A DNA stretch of 64,000 bases from an uncultured Eubacteriales bacterium (GCA_902488815.1 CABTXP010000001.1:20765-84764); one strand, 5' to 3'. Positions 40,443 through 50,593 are shown, counted from the first letter of the stretch. Translations and numbers: made by a program. Notes: generated by a model from the letters alone, not told the origin.

Positions 40443-41369
40443 TCACCCCTTTACTCTCATCTTGGGATCAAACAAGGTATAAAGTATGTCCACAAAAATT
40501 GAAATAATCGCATAGGAAATTGCAATAAAGATAACGCCGCCTAAGACTATGGGATAGTCCCTGGTCTTAATGGCATCAACCATCATTCTTCCAATGCCGT
40601 TAATTGAAAAAATCGTCTCTGTAAGTACGGAGCCTCCAAGTAGACCGCCCGCTTGAAGTCCAAGGGAAGTAATGACAGGTATCATTGCGTTTTTTAAAGC
40701 GTGAATTAAAATCACACGACTGCTCTTTAAACCCTTTGCCCTTGCAGTCTTAATGTAGTCCGAGTTTAAAACCTCAAGCATTGATGATCTGGTCATTCTC
40801 ATAATAATTGCAGTGGACTGAAGCCCCAAGGCAAAGCCCGGCAGTATCATGTGTTTAAATGAAGAAAATCCCGATGAAGGCAGAGCTTTTAATTTTACGG
40901 AGAAAAGTAAAATAAGTAGAAGTCCCGTCCAAAATATGGGCATGGCAAGACCTACAAGGCCCGCCACCATAATAATCATGTCCGTAAGGGTGTTCTTTTT
41001 TAAAGCGGAAATAATTCCAAAGCCGATTCCCAAGATAATTGTAATGGAAAGGGCAAAGAGCGTGAGCTTTAAAGTGTTGGGAAAGACTTTTAAAAGAGTT
41101 TTGGAAACACTTCTTCCCGTGACATAGGAGTCTCCCAAGTCAAACTCAGTTACAAATCCCTTTAAAAATCTTCCGTACTGTACGGGAAAGGGATCTGCAA
41201 GGCCCATACTTTCTCTAAGGACTTGTACCTCCGCATCACTTGCCTCGGGGCCCGCTTTATATATTGCGGCATCGCCGGGAGATAAGTAGAGCAGCAAAAA
41301 GACTACAAAGCTTACACCGATTATAGTAGGTATTAAATATAGTATTCTCTTTACAATGTATTTAAACAT
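40443..41369 (-). CDS. Oligopeptide ABC permease (OppB-like)
   Basis: PGDAA, RMTRSSMLEV, DYIKTARAKG, HALKNA, RDYPIV. Confidence 0.92.
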   Translation of the reverse strand: MFKYIVKRILYLIPTIIGVSFVVFLLLYLSPGDAAIYKAGPEASDAEVQVLRESMGLADPFPVQYGRFLKGFVTEFDLGDSYVTGRSVSKTLLKVFPNTLKLTLFALSITIILGIGFGIISALKKNTLTDMIIMVAGLVGLAMPIFWTGLLLILLFSVKLKALPSSGFSSFKHMILPGFALGLQSTAIIMRMTRSSMLEVLNSDYIKTARAKGLKSSRVILIHALKNAMIPVITSLGLQAGGLLGGSVLTETIFSINGIGRMMVDAIKTRDYPIVLGGVIFIAISYAIISIFVDILYTLFDPKMRVKG

Positions 41370-41411
41370 AAAACACCTCTTATAAAAAAAGACCGGAAAA
41401 CCGGCCGATTT

Positions 41412-42938
41412 TTATTCTCCAAAGGTTACCGTCTTAAAGACTTGTGCATATTCAGGTAACATTTTGAAATTGTTTACAATCTTATTTGCACCGTAAACTT
41501 GTTCTCCATACCAAATGTCAATGCGAGGTATGTCATTTAAAATTATTTCCTGAGCTTTTTTATAAATTTCCGCTCTCTTTGCATCATCTACGGTCAAAAG
41601 TCCTTCGTTAATCAAGGCATCAACTTCAGGATTTTGATACATTCCGAAGTTCGGTCCTTGACCTGCCTTGTCTGAATGGAATGGCGAGTACAGGTATTGA
41701 TCCGGGTCCACAATGGACGGAGACCAGCTCATAATGTACATGTCCTCTTCTTTTCTTCTGAGAGTGTCCATGTACGCTCCCCACTCAAATTTTTCCACCT
41801 TGACATTAAGGCCAACTTCTTTAAGTTGTGCTTGAACTATAGTGGCAACGTCTTGACGTTGTTGGTTGTCATTTACATAGAATAAAATTTCAGTGCCTTC
41901 AGGTACTCCCGCTTCAGCTAATAGAGCCTTGGCTTTTTCTATGTCTCTTTTCTTAGGTTCTATTTCACTTGCAATTGAATACTTTGCTCTCGGTGAAATA
42001 GGACTTGTTGCAATTTCTCCAACTCCCATGTAAACGGAATTTACTATGTCATTTAAGTCCAATGCATAGGAAACTGCTTCTCTCGCCTTTATGTTGTCAA
42101 AAGGAGCCTTTGATATATTAAATTGGATAAAGTGAACTGCGTAGTTGCCTTTTCTGAAAATTTGAAGGTCTTCATTTTCTTCGACCTTCTTAATGTCATT
42201 TGGAGCAATGTTAAATGCCATGTCCACTCCCCCGCTTTCAAGCTCAACAGTTCTGTTTGTAGCTTCAGGTATAATTCTGAAGGTTAAGTTCTTAAATGCC
42301 GGCTTGTCTCCCCAGTAGTCATCAAATCTTTCGAACTTCATTTCATTTTGAGGTTCCCAGCTTACCATCTTAAATGGTCCCGTGCCGTCTTCTTCAGTAT
42401 TTACGTCAATGTCATTTTGAACATCCCTTGGCATAATTGCCAAGTATGGGCTTGTAAGAACTTCCATAAATGAGCCTTGAGGTTGTTCAAGTTTTAATTC
42501 CATTGTCTTTTCGTCAATTATCTTTACCGACTCGGGGATAATGCTTTTGTAAACATTGGCAGATTTTTCGTTTTGAATAACCCTTTCAAAGTTCCAAATA
42601 ACATCATCTATTGTAAGGTCCTTACCTGAGTGGAATTTAACTCCATCTCTTATTGTAATTGTATAGGTAAGTCCCCCGTCTTTTTCTTCCACATTTTCTG
42701 CCAATAAGTTGTAAATCTTTCCCTCTTCATCTTTTGCAAGTAAAGTTTCATAGACTTGTCTCATGGCAAGATCCGAATAGTCGTCGTTAAATACATTGGG
42801 ATCCATACTTGTGGCATCTGCTTGAACTGCAATTACAAAGTCGTCCTTTGCTCCTTGAGCTTTTTCGCCTCCGCCGCCGCAAGCTGTAAGTACCAGTGTA
42901 AATACCAACAACAAACTAACTATAATTTTCTTATTCAT
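41412..42938 (-). CDS. Family-5 peptide-binding lipoprotein (OppA/DppA-like)
   Basis: Lipobox LTAC, VYETLL, GVKFHSG, GTGPFK, APFDN. Confidence 0.92.
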   Translation of the reverse strand: MNKKIIVSLLLVFTLVLTACGGGGEKAQGAKDDFVIAVQADATSMDPNVFNDDYSDLAMRQVYETLLAKDEEGKIYNLLAENVEEKDGGLTYTITIRDGVKFHSGKDLTIDDVIWNFERVIQNEKSANVYKSIIPESVKIIDEKTMELKLEQPQGSFMEVLTSPYLAIMPRDVQNDIDVNTEEDGTGPFKMVSWEPQNEMKFERFDDYWGDKPAFKNLTFRIIPEATNRTVELESGGVDMAFNIAPNDIKKVEENEDLQIFRKGNYAVHFIQFNISKAPFDNIKAREAVSYALDLNDIVNSVYMGVGEIATSPISPRAKYSIASEIEPKKRDIEKAKALLAEAGVPEGTEILFYVNDNQQRQDVATIVQAQLKEVGLNVKVEKFEWGAYMDTLRRKEEDMYIMSWSPSIVDPDQYLYSPFHSDKAGQGPNFGMYQNPEVDALINEGLLTVDDAKRAEIYKKAQEIILNDIPRIDIWYGEQVYGANKIVNNFKMLPEYAQVFKTVTFGE

Positions 42939-44201
42939 TTATTCTCCTGTCGTTACTCTCTCAATATTGGCACCTAAGTTTCTGAATTTCATTTCAATGT
43001 CTTCATAACCTCTGTCAATATGGAAAATATCTCCAATTTCAGTAGTGCCTTGGGCGGTTAGTCCTGCCAATATAAGGGCGGCACCTGCACGTAAATCCGT
43101 GGCCTTGACCTTGGCGCCCTTTAAAGGCGTTCCCCCGATAATAACGGCTTCTCTGTCTTCGCACTTAATATTTGCACCCATTTTAACAAGTTCATTTGCG
43201 TGCATAAATCTGTTTTCAAATACAGTTTCAAGTACAATGTTTTCGCCATTTAACTTTGTCATAAGAGCCATAAACTGAGCCTGCATATCTGTGGGAAATC
43301 CCGGATAGGGCAAGGTCTTTATCTTAATAGGCTTAAGATCTTTTCCGCCGATTACTCTAACACTTTCTTCATCTTCTATTACTTCTGCGCCTGACTCAAT
43401 TAGCTTGGCAATTACAGGCTTCATGTGAGATGATATTACATTTTCAACAAGAACATCTCCCCCGGTCATAGCTGCCGCAACCATAAAAGTGCCTGCCTCT
43501 ATTCTGTCGGGAATTATTTGATGTCTTGCACCTTTTAATTCGTCAACACCCTTGATTCTGATGGTAGAAGTCCCCGCACCTTGAACCTTTGCCCCCATTT
43601 TTCGTAGGAAATTGGAAAGGTCTACAATTTCAGGTTCCATTGCGGCGTTTTCAATATATGTCTCTCCCTTGGCAAGTGTGGCAGCCATCATAATATTTTC
43701 CGTGGCGCCCACCGAGGGAAAGTCCAGATATATTGTGGTGCCTTGAAGTTCCTCTGCAACTGCACTTATGGTAGCTTCGTCTTCAGTCACTTTCGCTCCC
43801 AAAAGATTAAATCCCTTTAAGTGAAGGTCAATAGGTCTTGAGCCTATGTTACAACCTCCGGGCAGGGAGTTTACAGTGCGACCCATCCTTGCAAGTAGTG
43901 GCCCCATAACCAAAAAGGACGCTCTCATTTTATTCATGAGATTGTAGTCCGTAACGTAGTTATTAAGTCCGCTGCCGTTTATAACCAAGGTGTTTTTTCC
44001 CGTCTTTTCGACTTTAACTCCTAAGGACCTTAGAACTTCACACATTATTTCAACGTCTTTAAGCTCAGGGACATCTTCCAAATAGACATCCTCGGTACTT
44101 AGGATTGAAGCCGCCAAAATGGGAAGTGCCGCATTTTTCGCACCGCTTATTCTGACTTTACCTTGAAGGGGTGGTGATTGTTTTACTAAAATTTTAGCCA
44201 A
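42939..44201 (-). CDS. murA: UDP-N-acetylglucosamine 1-carboxyvinyltransferase
   Basis: GAKNAALP, LPGGCNIGSRP (active-site Cys present), SVGATEN, GFPTDMQ, TDLRAGA. Confidence 0.97.
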   Translation of the reverse strand: MAKILVKQSPPLQGKVRISGAKNAALPILAASILSTEDVYLEDVPELKDVEIMCEVLRSLGVKVEKTGKNTLVINGSGLNNYVTDYNLMNKMRASFLVMGPLLARMGRTVNSLPGGCNIGSRPIDLHLKGFNLLGAKVTEDEATISAVAEELQGTTIYLDFPSVGATENIMMAATLAKGETYIENAAMEPEIVDLSNFLRKMGAKVQGAGTSTIRIKGVDELKGARHQIIPDRIEAGTFMVAAAMTGGDVLVENVISSHMKPVIAKLIESGAEVIEDEESVRVIGGKDLKPIKIKTLPYPGFPTDMQAQFMALMTKLNGENIVLETVFENRFMHANELVKMGANIKCEDREAVIIGGTPLKGAKVKATDLRAGAALILAGLTAQGTTEIGDIFHIDRGYEDIEMKFRNLGANIERVTTGE

Positions 44202-44222
44202 GTTGTTCCCCTCTTAGATTAT

Positions 44223-44453
44223 TTACTTGTCTAACAGAGCATCTAATCTCTTTTTGTCAAATCCTACAATTTCTTCTTCGCCGATAACGATAACGGGTAC
44301 ACCTGTGTATCCCTTTGCCATTAATTCTTGTCTTGCTGTGCTGTCGGTTTGAACGTTCTTTTCTTCAAATGCAATATTTCTGTCTTTTAAATAGTCCTTA
44401 GCCATTGTGCAATAAGGACATGTATTACTTGTATATACTGTTACTTTTTCCAT
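44223..44453 (-). CDS. Glutaredoxin-like protein (NrdH/YruB family)
   Basis: CPYC, GVPV, VGFD. Confidence 0.9.
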   Translation of the reverse strand: MEKVTVYTSNTCPYCTMAKDYLKDRNIAFEEKNVQTDSTARQELMAKGYTGVPVIVIGEEEIVGFDKKRLDALLDK

Positions 44454-44484
44454 AGTAATCCTCCTTAAATTTTATAACTATAAT

Positions 44485-45339
44485 TTACCCTACTTGGTAT
44501 TTAATAATCAAATTGTCTTTAAGCTGTAAAAAGTCCTCTACTGAAAGCTCCTGTGCTCTCACGTTTTTGTCAAGGCCCGTTTTATTAAGAGCATCTTCAA
44601 TCTCTTCTTTTGTAAAGTCGGGAATGGCCGTGTTAAGAGAATTGATTAAAGTCTTTCTCCTGTTTTGAAAAGAGCCCCTCACTATCCTTTCATAGTCCGG
44701 GTCCACAGGTATGCCTTTAAGCTTTAACAAAACTATCTGTGAGTCCACCTTGGGTCTCGGCATAAAGACCGTGGGCGGAACGATGGCTCCAAGTACGGGC
44801 TCGGTATAGGTCTGAATAAATACGGAAAAAGAGCTGTAGTTTTTGCCGTGAGGTTTTTCCACCATGCGCTGAGCAATTTCCTTTTGAATCATACAGGTAA
44901 TGCTCTCCAAGTTTAAATTATCTTTTATAAGCATGGTAATAATGGGAGTGGTTATGTAGTAGGGCAGGTTTGCCGCAACTTTAAAACTCTCCTCACCGAA
45001 CTCTCTTTTAATCTCTTCTTTTAAATCGGCCTTTAAGACGTCTTTAAAAATTATCTTTACATTGTCATAGGGCAGGGTCTCTTTTAAAATCTCCCGCAGG
45101 CCTTCATCCACTTCAAATGCCAAAACTTTCTTCGCATTTAAAGCTAACTCCTCCGTGAGAGTGCCTATACCCGTTCCGATTTCAAGGACATTGTCTTTTT
45201 TTGTAATTTTAGAAATCTCCGTGATTTTTCGCAAAATATTTCCGTCAATTAAAAAATTCTGTCCCAATGTCTTTGTAAAGGTAAAGCCGTATTTATTAAG
45301 TATTTCTTTTAGCCTCTTAGGGCTGTAAAGTCTTTCTAT
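44485..45339 (-). CDS. rsmA: 16S rRNA m6,2A1518/1519 dimethyltransferase; start apparently ATA
   Basis: LGQNFL, EIGTGIG, ANLPYYITT, PRPKVDS, RRKTL. The frame stays open 24 codons upstream of the track's TTG, back to ATA at 45339. Confidence 0.93.
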   Translation of the reverse strand: MERLYSPKRLKEILNKYGFTFTKTLGQNFLIDGNILRKITEISKITKKDNVLEIGTGIGTLTEELALNAKKVLAFEVDEGLREILKETLPYDNVKIIFKDVLKADLKEEIKREFGEESFKVAANLPYYITTPIITMLIKDNLNLESITCMIQKEIAQRMVEKPHGKNYSSFSVFIQTYTEPVLGAIVPPTVFMPRPKVDSQIVLLKLKGIPVDPDYERIVRGSFQNRRKTLINSLNTAIPDFTKEEIEDALNKTGLDKNVRAQELSVEDFLQLKDNLIIKYQVG

Positions 45340-45875
45340 AGTATTCCCGCCTTTTTAAGTGCCGCCTCAAATTCTTCCCTTGGCACTTGAAATCCGTTTA
45401 ACCTGTTTAAAAACTGTTTGCCGTTTCCATATCCTATGCCTAAAATGTCGGAGACTTTTCCACGAAGTGTGGCCGAATTTTCTCTCATAATCAGCCCGTA
45501 ACGGAGCAGTTCTTCCTTTGTGTAAATTTCTTTTCCCGCTACAATTGTGGCACGTGCATCTGTAAGAGCCTTTACTATGTCCTCTTTTGATGCGTTTTCC
45601 ACGCCGATGTCTCCTTTTTTAAGAGCCTTTTTTTGAGGTAAAAATGCATGTTTGGCATTTGGAAATTCCTTTGCCAAATCTCTCCTTATTTTCTTACCCA
45701 TGTAGTCCGGGTCGGTGAAAATAATTATGCCGCATCTCTTCTCTATTTGTTTTAATGTGTCAATTAATTTTTTGCCGTAGCCGAAGCCGCTTGTGGCTAT
45801 GACTTCACAGTCTATTGCCGACTTTACGGCTGTTATGTCGTCTTTGCCCTCTACGACTATGACTTCCTTAATCAT
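45336..45875 (-). CDS. rnmV: Ribonuclease M5
   Basis: IVVEGKDD, FTDPD, GVENA, NGKQFL; lies between tatD and rsmA. Confidence 0.95.
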   Translation of the reverse strand: MIKEVIVVEGKDDITAVKSAIDCEVIATSGFGYGKKLIDTLKQIEKRCGIIIFTDPDYMGKKIRRDLAKEFPNAKHAFLPQKKALKKGDIGVENASKEDIVKALTDARATIVAGKEIYTKEELLRYGLIMRENSATLRGKVSDILGIGYGNGKQFLNRLNGFQVPREEFEAALKKAGIL

Positions 45876-46642
45876 AAATCACCGTAAAATCTCAGGGCGT
45901 TTTCGTCGCAAATTTTTATAAGTTCTTTTACATTTATATTTCTTATTTTGGCAATTTCTTCCGCCACATACTTTACGTTCTTAGGCTCGTTTCTCTTGCC
46001 CCTGTGAGGTACAGGTGAAAGGTATGGGCAGTCCGTCTCTAAAAGTAAGTCTTCGATAGGCACCGCCTTTGCCACGTCCTTAACCGTGCGGGCGTTTTTA
46101 AATGTAACTACTCCGCCGATTGAAATATTCACGCCTAATTTCACATATTCTTCCATCATCTCAACTGATTGAGAGAAGCAGTGAATTAAAAACTTCATCT
46201 CCGGATACTTTTTTTTGTATTCCTTTACAATGTCAAAGGTAAGTTGTGAAGCTTCCCTTGAGTGAATGACTACGGGAAGATTTAAAGTGTGGGCAAGTTC
46301 AATTTGCTTTCTGAACACCTCTTCCTGTATGTCTCTCGGCGAATTGTCGTAGTAAAAGTCCAAGCCGATTTCTCCAATGGCACGAACTTTTTCGTGTTTG
46401 GAAAGGTCAATAAGTTCTTTTTCAATGTATTCGTTGTAAGTAGAGGCATCGTGAGGATGAATGCCCACTACGGCATAGACTTCCTCATACATACTTGCCA
46501 AATCAACTGAGGCCCTGGAACTTACAATGTCGGAGCCGATGTTATAAACTCTCGTAATTCCGTTTTCCAAAAGAGAGTTAATGACATAGTCTCTGTCTCT
46601 GTCAAAGTTCGGGTCGTCTAAATGTACATGTGTATCTATCAT
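45872..46642 (-). CDS. tatD: TatD-family DNase
   Basis: DTHVH, GIHPH, GEIGLD, HSRE, HCFS, ETDCP. Confidence 0.95.
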   Translation of the reverse strand: MIDTHVHLDDPNFDRDRDYVINSLLENGITRVYNIGSDIVSSRASVDLASMYEEVYAVVGIHPHDASTYNEYIEKELIDLSKHEKVRAIGEIGLDFYYDNSPRDIQEEVFRKQIELAHTLNLPVVIHSREASQLTFDIVKEYKKKYPEMKFLIHCFSQSVEMMEEYVKLGVNISIGGVVTFKNARTVKDVAKAVPIEDLLLETDCPYLSPVPHRGKRNEPKNVKYVAEEIAKIRNINVKELIKICDENALRFYGDL

Positions 46643-48591
46643 GAAATTTCCGCTCCGTCATTAATGTCTTCCATAGGTGTCACAAGTGCCAAATTTCCGT
46701 CCTCGTCTTCGCACGCAATGAGCATTCCCTTAGATTCAATTCCTCTAAACTTCATAGGCTTTAAGTTTGTAAGAACTAAAATTTTCTTACCCGTCAAATA
46801 TTCTTTTGAGAATTTGGACTTAATATTTGTCACAATAGTTCTTCTCTCTTCTCCGATTTTTAAATTTAAAAGATAGAGTTTGTCAGCGTTTGGATGGTCT
46901 TCAACACTTTCCACCAATGCCACTTTGATTTCCAATTTCAAAAAATCATCTATTGTAATTTCAGGTTTGCCCGGCTTTAAAGCTTTGTCGGATCTCTTTT
47001 CCTTTTCTTTTTCTCTTTCTTCTATTAAACGAGCATTTTCTTCGTTTAAGCGTACAATTTCCTTTTCAATATCAAGTCTTGGGAAAATTGAGGGACCTTT
47101 TTCAACTTTTGTGCCGGGTTTAAGAAGTCCGAAGGATTTTGCGTCTTCGTACTTGATTTCCCCTGTTACGCCAAGTTGTTTTCTGATTTCCTTTGATGTA
47201 TTTACAAGGAATGGTGAGGCAAGTACTGAAACTATGCGCAGCGATTCCGCCAAGTTATATAATACCGTGCCCAGTCTTTCCTTGTTATCTTCTTTTGCAA
47301 GGATCCAAGGTTCGCACTCGTCAACGTATTTGTTGGTGCGACGTACAAGAGACCAAATGTCTTCAAGTACCACTGAAAATTGGAAGTCTTCCATCGCCTT
47401 TTCGTTCTTTTGCCAAATTGAAAGGGCAAGTTCTTTAAGTTCTTTGTCCGTGCCTTCTTCCGCTTTCGGTTCCGGAACAATGCCTCCGAAGTATTTTTCA
47501 ATCATGGAAACGGTCCTTGAAAGTAAGTTACCCAGGTCGTTTGCAAGGTCGGAGTTTAATCTTTGAAGCATTTTTTCTCTGGTAAATGAGCCGTCTTGAC
47601 CGAAGGAAAATTCTCTAAGTAAGAAGTATTTTAAAGCATCTACTCCGTAAAGGTTGATAATGGGTTCCGGGTAAATGACATTTCCCTTGGACTTACTCAT
47701 CTTGTCGTTGTCAAACAATATCCAGCCGTGAGCAAATAACTTCTTAGGTAGAGGCATATCAAGTGCCATTAACATTGCGGGCCAAATAATGGAGTGAAAT
47801 CTCACAATTTCCTTACCCATTATGTGAACCGTGTTGTTCCAATATGCGTTAAACTTTTCTTCCGAAGTGCCGAAGCCTATTCCCGTCAAGTAACAAGTGA
47901 GGGCGTCTATCCAAACATAGATGACGTGCTTGTCGTCAAAGGGAACTTTAACTCCCCAGTCAAAGGACGCACGTGACACGGAAAGGTCGTCAAGGCCTTC
48001 GCTTAAAAAGTTTTTAATCATTTCGTTTTTACGAGATTCAGGTTGTAAAAACTCCGGGTTGTCTTCATATAATTTTAAAAGTTTGTCTCTGTACTTGGAA
48101 AGTCTGAAGAAATAACTCTCTTCCTTATGCTTGTGTGTAGGCTTGCCGCAGTCGGGACAGGTTTCCCCTTCCCCCAATTGGGACTCGGTCCAAAAGGCCT
48201 CACAGGAAGTGCAGTAGTAGCCTTCATACTCGCCCTTGTATATGTCACCCTTGTCATAAAGTTTTTGAAACACGTATTGGGCGTTTTTTTCGTGTTGGGG
48301 ATCTGACGATCTTACAAAGGCGTCGTAGTTAATGTCCATGGTCTTCCAAAGTTTTTTAATTTCATTTACGATCATGTCCACATATTCTTTAGGCTTCATG
48401 CCTGCCTTTGTAGCTGTCTCTTCAATTTTTTGGCCGTGTTCGTCGGAGCCTGTTGTAAAGAATACGTCATAGCCTTGAAGCTCCTTGTATCTCTTGATAG
48501 CGTCCGCCGCAACGGTACTGTATGTATGGCCTATGTGTAAATAGCCGCTTGGATAATAAATAGGTGTGGTGATATAAAATTTTTCTTTCAT
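46639..48591 (-). CDS. metG: Methionine--tRNA ligase with C-terminal tRNA-binding domain
   Basis: YITTPIYY, HIGH, DEHG, zinc knuckle, KMSKS, Trbp-like C-terminus. Confidence 0.98.
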   Translation of the reverse strand: MKEKFYITTPIYYPSGYLHIGHTYSTVAADAIKRYKELQGYDVFFTTGSDEHGQKIEETATKAGMKPKEYVDMIVNEIKKLWKTMDINYDAFVRSSDPQHEKNAQYVFQKLYDKGDIYKGEYEGYYCTSCEAFWTESQLGEGETCPDCGKPTHKHKEESYFFRLSKYRDKLLKLYEDNPEFLQPESRKNEMIKNFLSEGLDDLSVSRASFDWGVKVPFDDKHVIYVWIDALTCYLTGIGFGTSEEKFNAYWNNTVHIMGKEIVRFHSIIWPAMLMALDMPLPKKLFAHGWILFDNDKMSKSKGNVIYPEPIINLYGVDALKYFLLREFSFGQDGSFTREKMLQRLNSDLANDLGNLLSRTVSMIEKYFGGIVPEPKAEEGTDKELKELALSIWQKNEKAMEDFQFSVVLEDIWSLVRRTNKYVDECEPWILAKEDNKERLGTVLYNLAESLRIVSVLASPFLVNTSKEIRKQLGVTGEIKYEDAKSFGLLKPGTKVEKGPSIFPRLDIEKEIVRLNEENARLIEEREKEKEKRSDKALKPGKPEITIDDFLKLEIKVALVESVEDHPNADKLYLLNLKIGEERRTIVTNIKSKFSKEYLTGKKILVLTNLKPMKFRGIESKGMLIACEDEDGNLALVTPMEDINDGAEIS

Positions 48592-48669
48592 TGTTCCCTC
48601 CAAAAAAACGGTCCCTAAGACCGTTTCATTAGTAATTAAATTATATCTTTAAAATGTGCAAATTTCAAT

Positions 48670-49110
48670 TTACTCTTCAGTTTCCTTTTTCACAACATAG
48701 ACATCGCACTTTGCAGTGTTAATGACTTTGTTGGATACACTGCCGAGTAATGTCCTTGAAAAAGCGCCAAGGCCTCTGTTGCCCATTACAATTAAGTCAA
48801 TTCCGTTTTTATCCGCAAACTCTACAATCTTTTGAGCGGGACTGCCGTTTGTGTAAAACACTTCGTGTTCGTATTCATAGTCCTTTAATATGTCTTCCCC
48901 TTCTGAAAGTACAAACTCGGCTCTCTCCGTGTTTGCTTTTTCAATTTCAGTTGAATAGGGAAAACTTGTAGGATTTTGATCAAAGAATTGTGGCTCAGGC
49001 ACAACTGTAAGTAAGTATATCTTGGCTCCGAATTTGCTGCCTAATTTTTTTGCAGCCTTTACTGACACTTTAGAGCTTTTTGAGCCGTCAACAGGTACTA
49101 AAAATTTCAT
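48670..49110 (-). CDS. Universal stress protein
   Basis: LVPVDGS, G.PA..I, MGNRGLG, LLGSVS. Confidence 0.93.
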   Translation of the reverse strand: MKFLVPVDGSKSSKVSVKAAKKLGSKFGAKIYLLTVVPEPQFFDQNPTSFPYSTEIEKANTERAEFVLSEGEDILKDYEYEHEVFYTNGSPAQKIVEFADKNGIDLIVMGNRGLGAFSRTLLGSVSNKVINTAKCDVYVVKKETEE

Positions 49111-49152
49111 ACATACCTCCTATATCTTTTTTATATTTATACCCCGGTGAAA

Positions 49153-50091
49153 TTAATTTAAAATTTCAGTCCACAGGTCATAATCTCCCGACAACTTATA
49201 ACTGTAGGAGTTTGATGCCCCTAGTACATAGTAGTAGAACCAGTCTCCTTTCTTTACATCTGTAAAATTCTTCAGGCCTTCAATGTTTCTCACGTCTCTA
49301 AGACTTCTCTCGTCGCAGTTAATCTTAAATGCTCCGTTTAAAATCTTTACCGCCTCGGCTCTCGTAAGACTTCCTTCAGGTCTTACCGTGTTGTCTCCGT
49401 AGCCTTCCACTGCCCCTAGTGTGTAAAGCCTGTCTATTGCATCTTTTGCATAGTGATTTTTAATGTCTTTAAAGTTTGAAGCTTTTACCTCTCCATTTAC
49501 AAAACCCGCCACCATGTAGCAAAAATCTCCGCGAGTAATAGGCTCTTCAGGTTTAAAATAACCGTCTCGGCCCTTTAACATTTCCTTGTCCGACATATAC
49601 TTAAGGGCCTTGGAATACCACATATTGTCAGCATCACTATATCCCGTCTCGCCGGAAACACTTGTGAGGTCCGCTCCTGCAAGTCTTGCAACCATAACAG
49701 CAGCCTCGCCCCTTGTTAAAGTTCCGTTAGGTTTAAATTCTCCGCCCGGTAAGCCGTTAATGTAGGCATTGTTAACTTTGTCTCCCGTATCTTCACGCTT
49801 TACAATAATATTTACAGCCTCAGGTGTTTTAATCGAGTAGGCATATTCTATAAAAAAGAATCCCTTTTCATTTGCCGCCCCCATGCCCAAGTAGCGGCCT
49901 GTAAGTTCAAAGACAGTTACCTCGGCCTTGGGATAGGTGTATCCCGTTGCGGTAGTGTTGCCAAGTTCCAAGGAGTATAGGTTGTCACCGGTATTGTAAT
50001 AACTTCCCCCAAGCTCTATAGGATTAATTTCCATTGCACTTGGAAATACCAAGGTTGCAATTACAACTAATAATAAAAGGTATTTCTTCAT
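49153..50091 (-). CDS. SLH-domain cell-surface protein
   Basis: Signal peptide and SLH motifs (FKPNGTLTRGE, FKPEEPITRGD, VRPEGSLTRAE). Confidence 0.88.
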   Translation of the reverse strand: MKKYLLLLVVIATLVFPSAMEINPIELGGSYYNTGDNLYSLELGNTTATGYTYPKAEVTVFELTGRYLGMGAANEKGFFFIEYAYSIKTPEAVNIIVKREDTGDKVNNAYINGLPGGEFKPNGTLTRGEAAVMVARLAGADLTSVSGETGYSDADNMWYSKALKYMSDKEMLKGRDGYFKPEEPITRGDFCYMVAGFVNGEVKASNFKDIKNHYAKDAIDRLYTLGAVEGYGDNTVRPEGSLTRAEAVKILNGAFKINCDERSLRDVRNIEGLKNFTDVKKGDWFYYYVLGASNSYSYKLSGDYDLWTEILN

Positions 50092-50102
50092 AAAGCTCTC
50101 CC

Positions 50103-50525
50103 TTATCTCCAGGAATCCATAGTCCCCATGTCGTATACATTTTCATGGCCTTTTTTTATGAGTAGCTTTTTCGCTCTTAAAGTGGTAAAACCGTCTCGAC
50201 CCACAATGACTATGTCTTTTTTTAAGTCGTCGGGGAGTTTGTCTGAAGTTTCAAGTTCTTTAAAGGGAATATTTTCCGCTCCCGCCAAGTGTCCCATGTT
50301 AAACATTTTTTCGGAAGATATGTCGATTAACATTCCCCCTTCACTTATAATCTTTTTCCCTTCAGCGGGAGTTATTTTATCTCCCACGGTACCCTGCATG
50401 CCCATGTATAGACCTGCAACTATAAAAAATATTGTCAAAATATAAAGGGTGCTTCTCTTCTTAAACTTATATGGCTCTTTATGTTTTATATGCTTTTGTT
50501 TTTTTTCTTTCTTTCGTCTAAACAC
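50103..50525 (-). CDS. Membrane-anchored rhodanese-like protein
   Basis: One TM, LIDIS...GHLAGAENIP, VYDMG. The catalytic Cys position appears to be Gly (IVIVGRDG). Confidence 0.8.
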   Translation of the reverse strand: MFRRKKEKKQKHIKHKEPYKFKKRSTLYILTIFFIVAGLYMGMQGTVGDKITPAEGKKIISEGGMLIDISSEKMFNMGHLAGAENIPFKELETSDKLPDDLKKDIVIVGRDGFTTLRAKKLLIKKGHENVYDMGTMDSWR

Positions 50526-50593
50526 TTCATCCTCCTACTCTATTGTACCACAAAAGGCATAAAAAAAAGGAAGGTCTCCCTTCCTTATCATTC

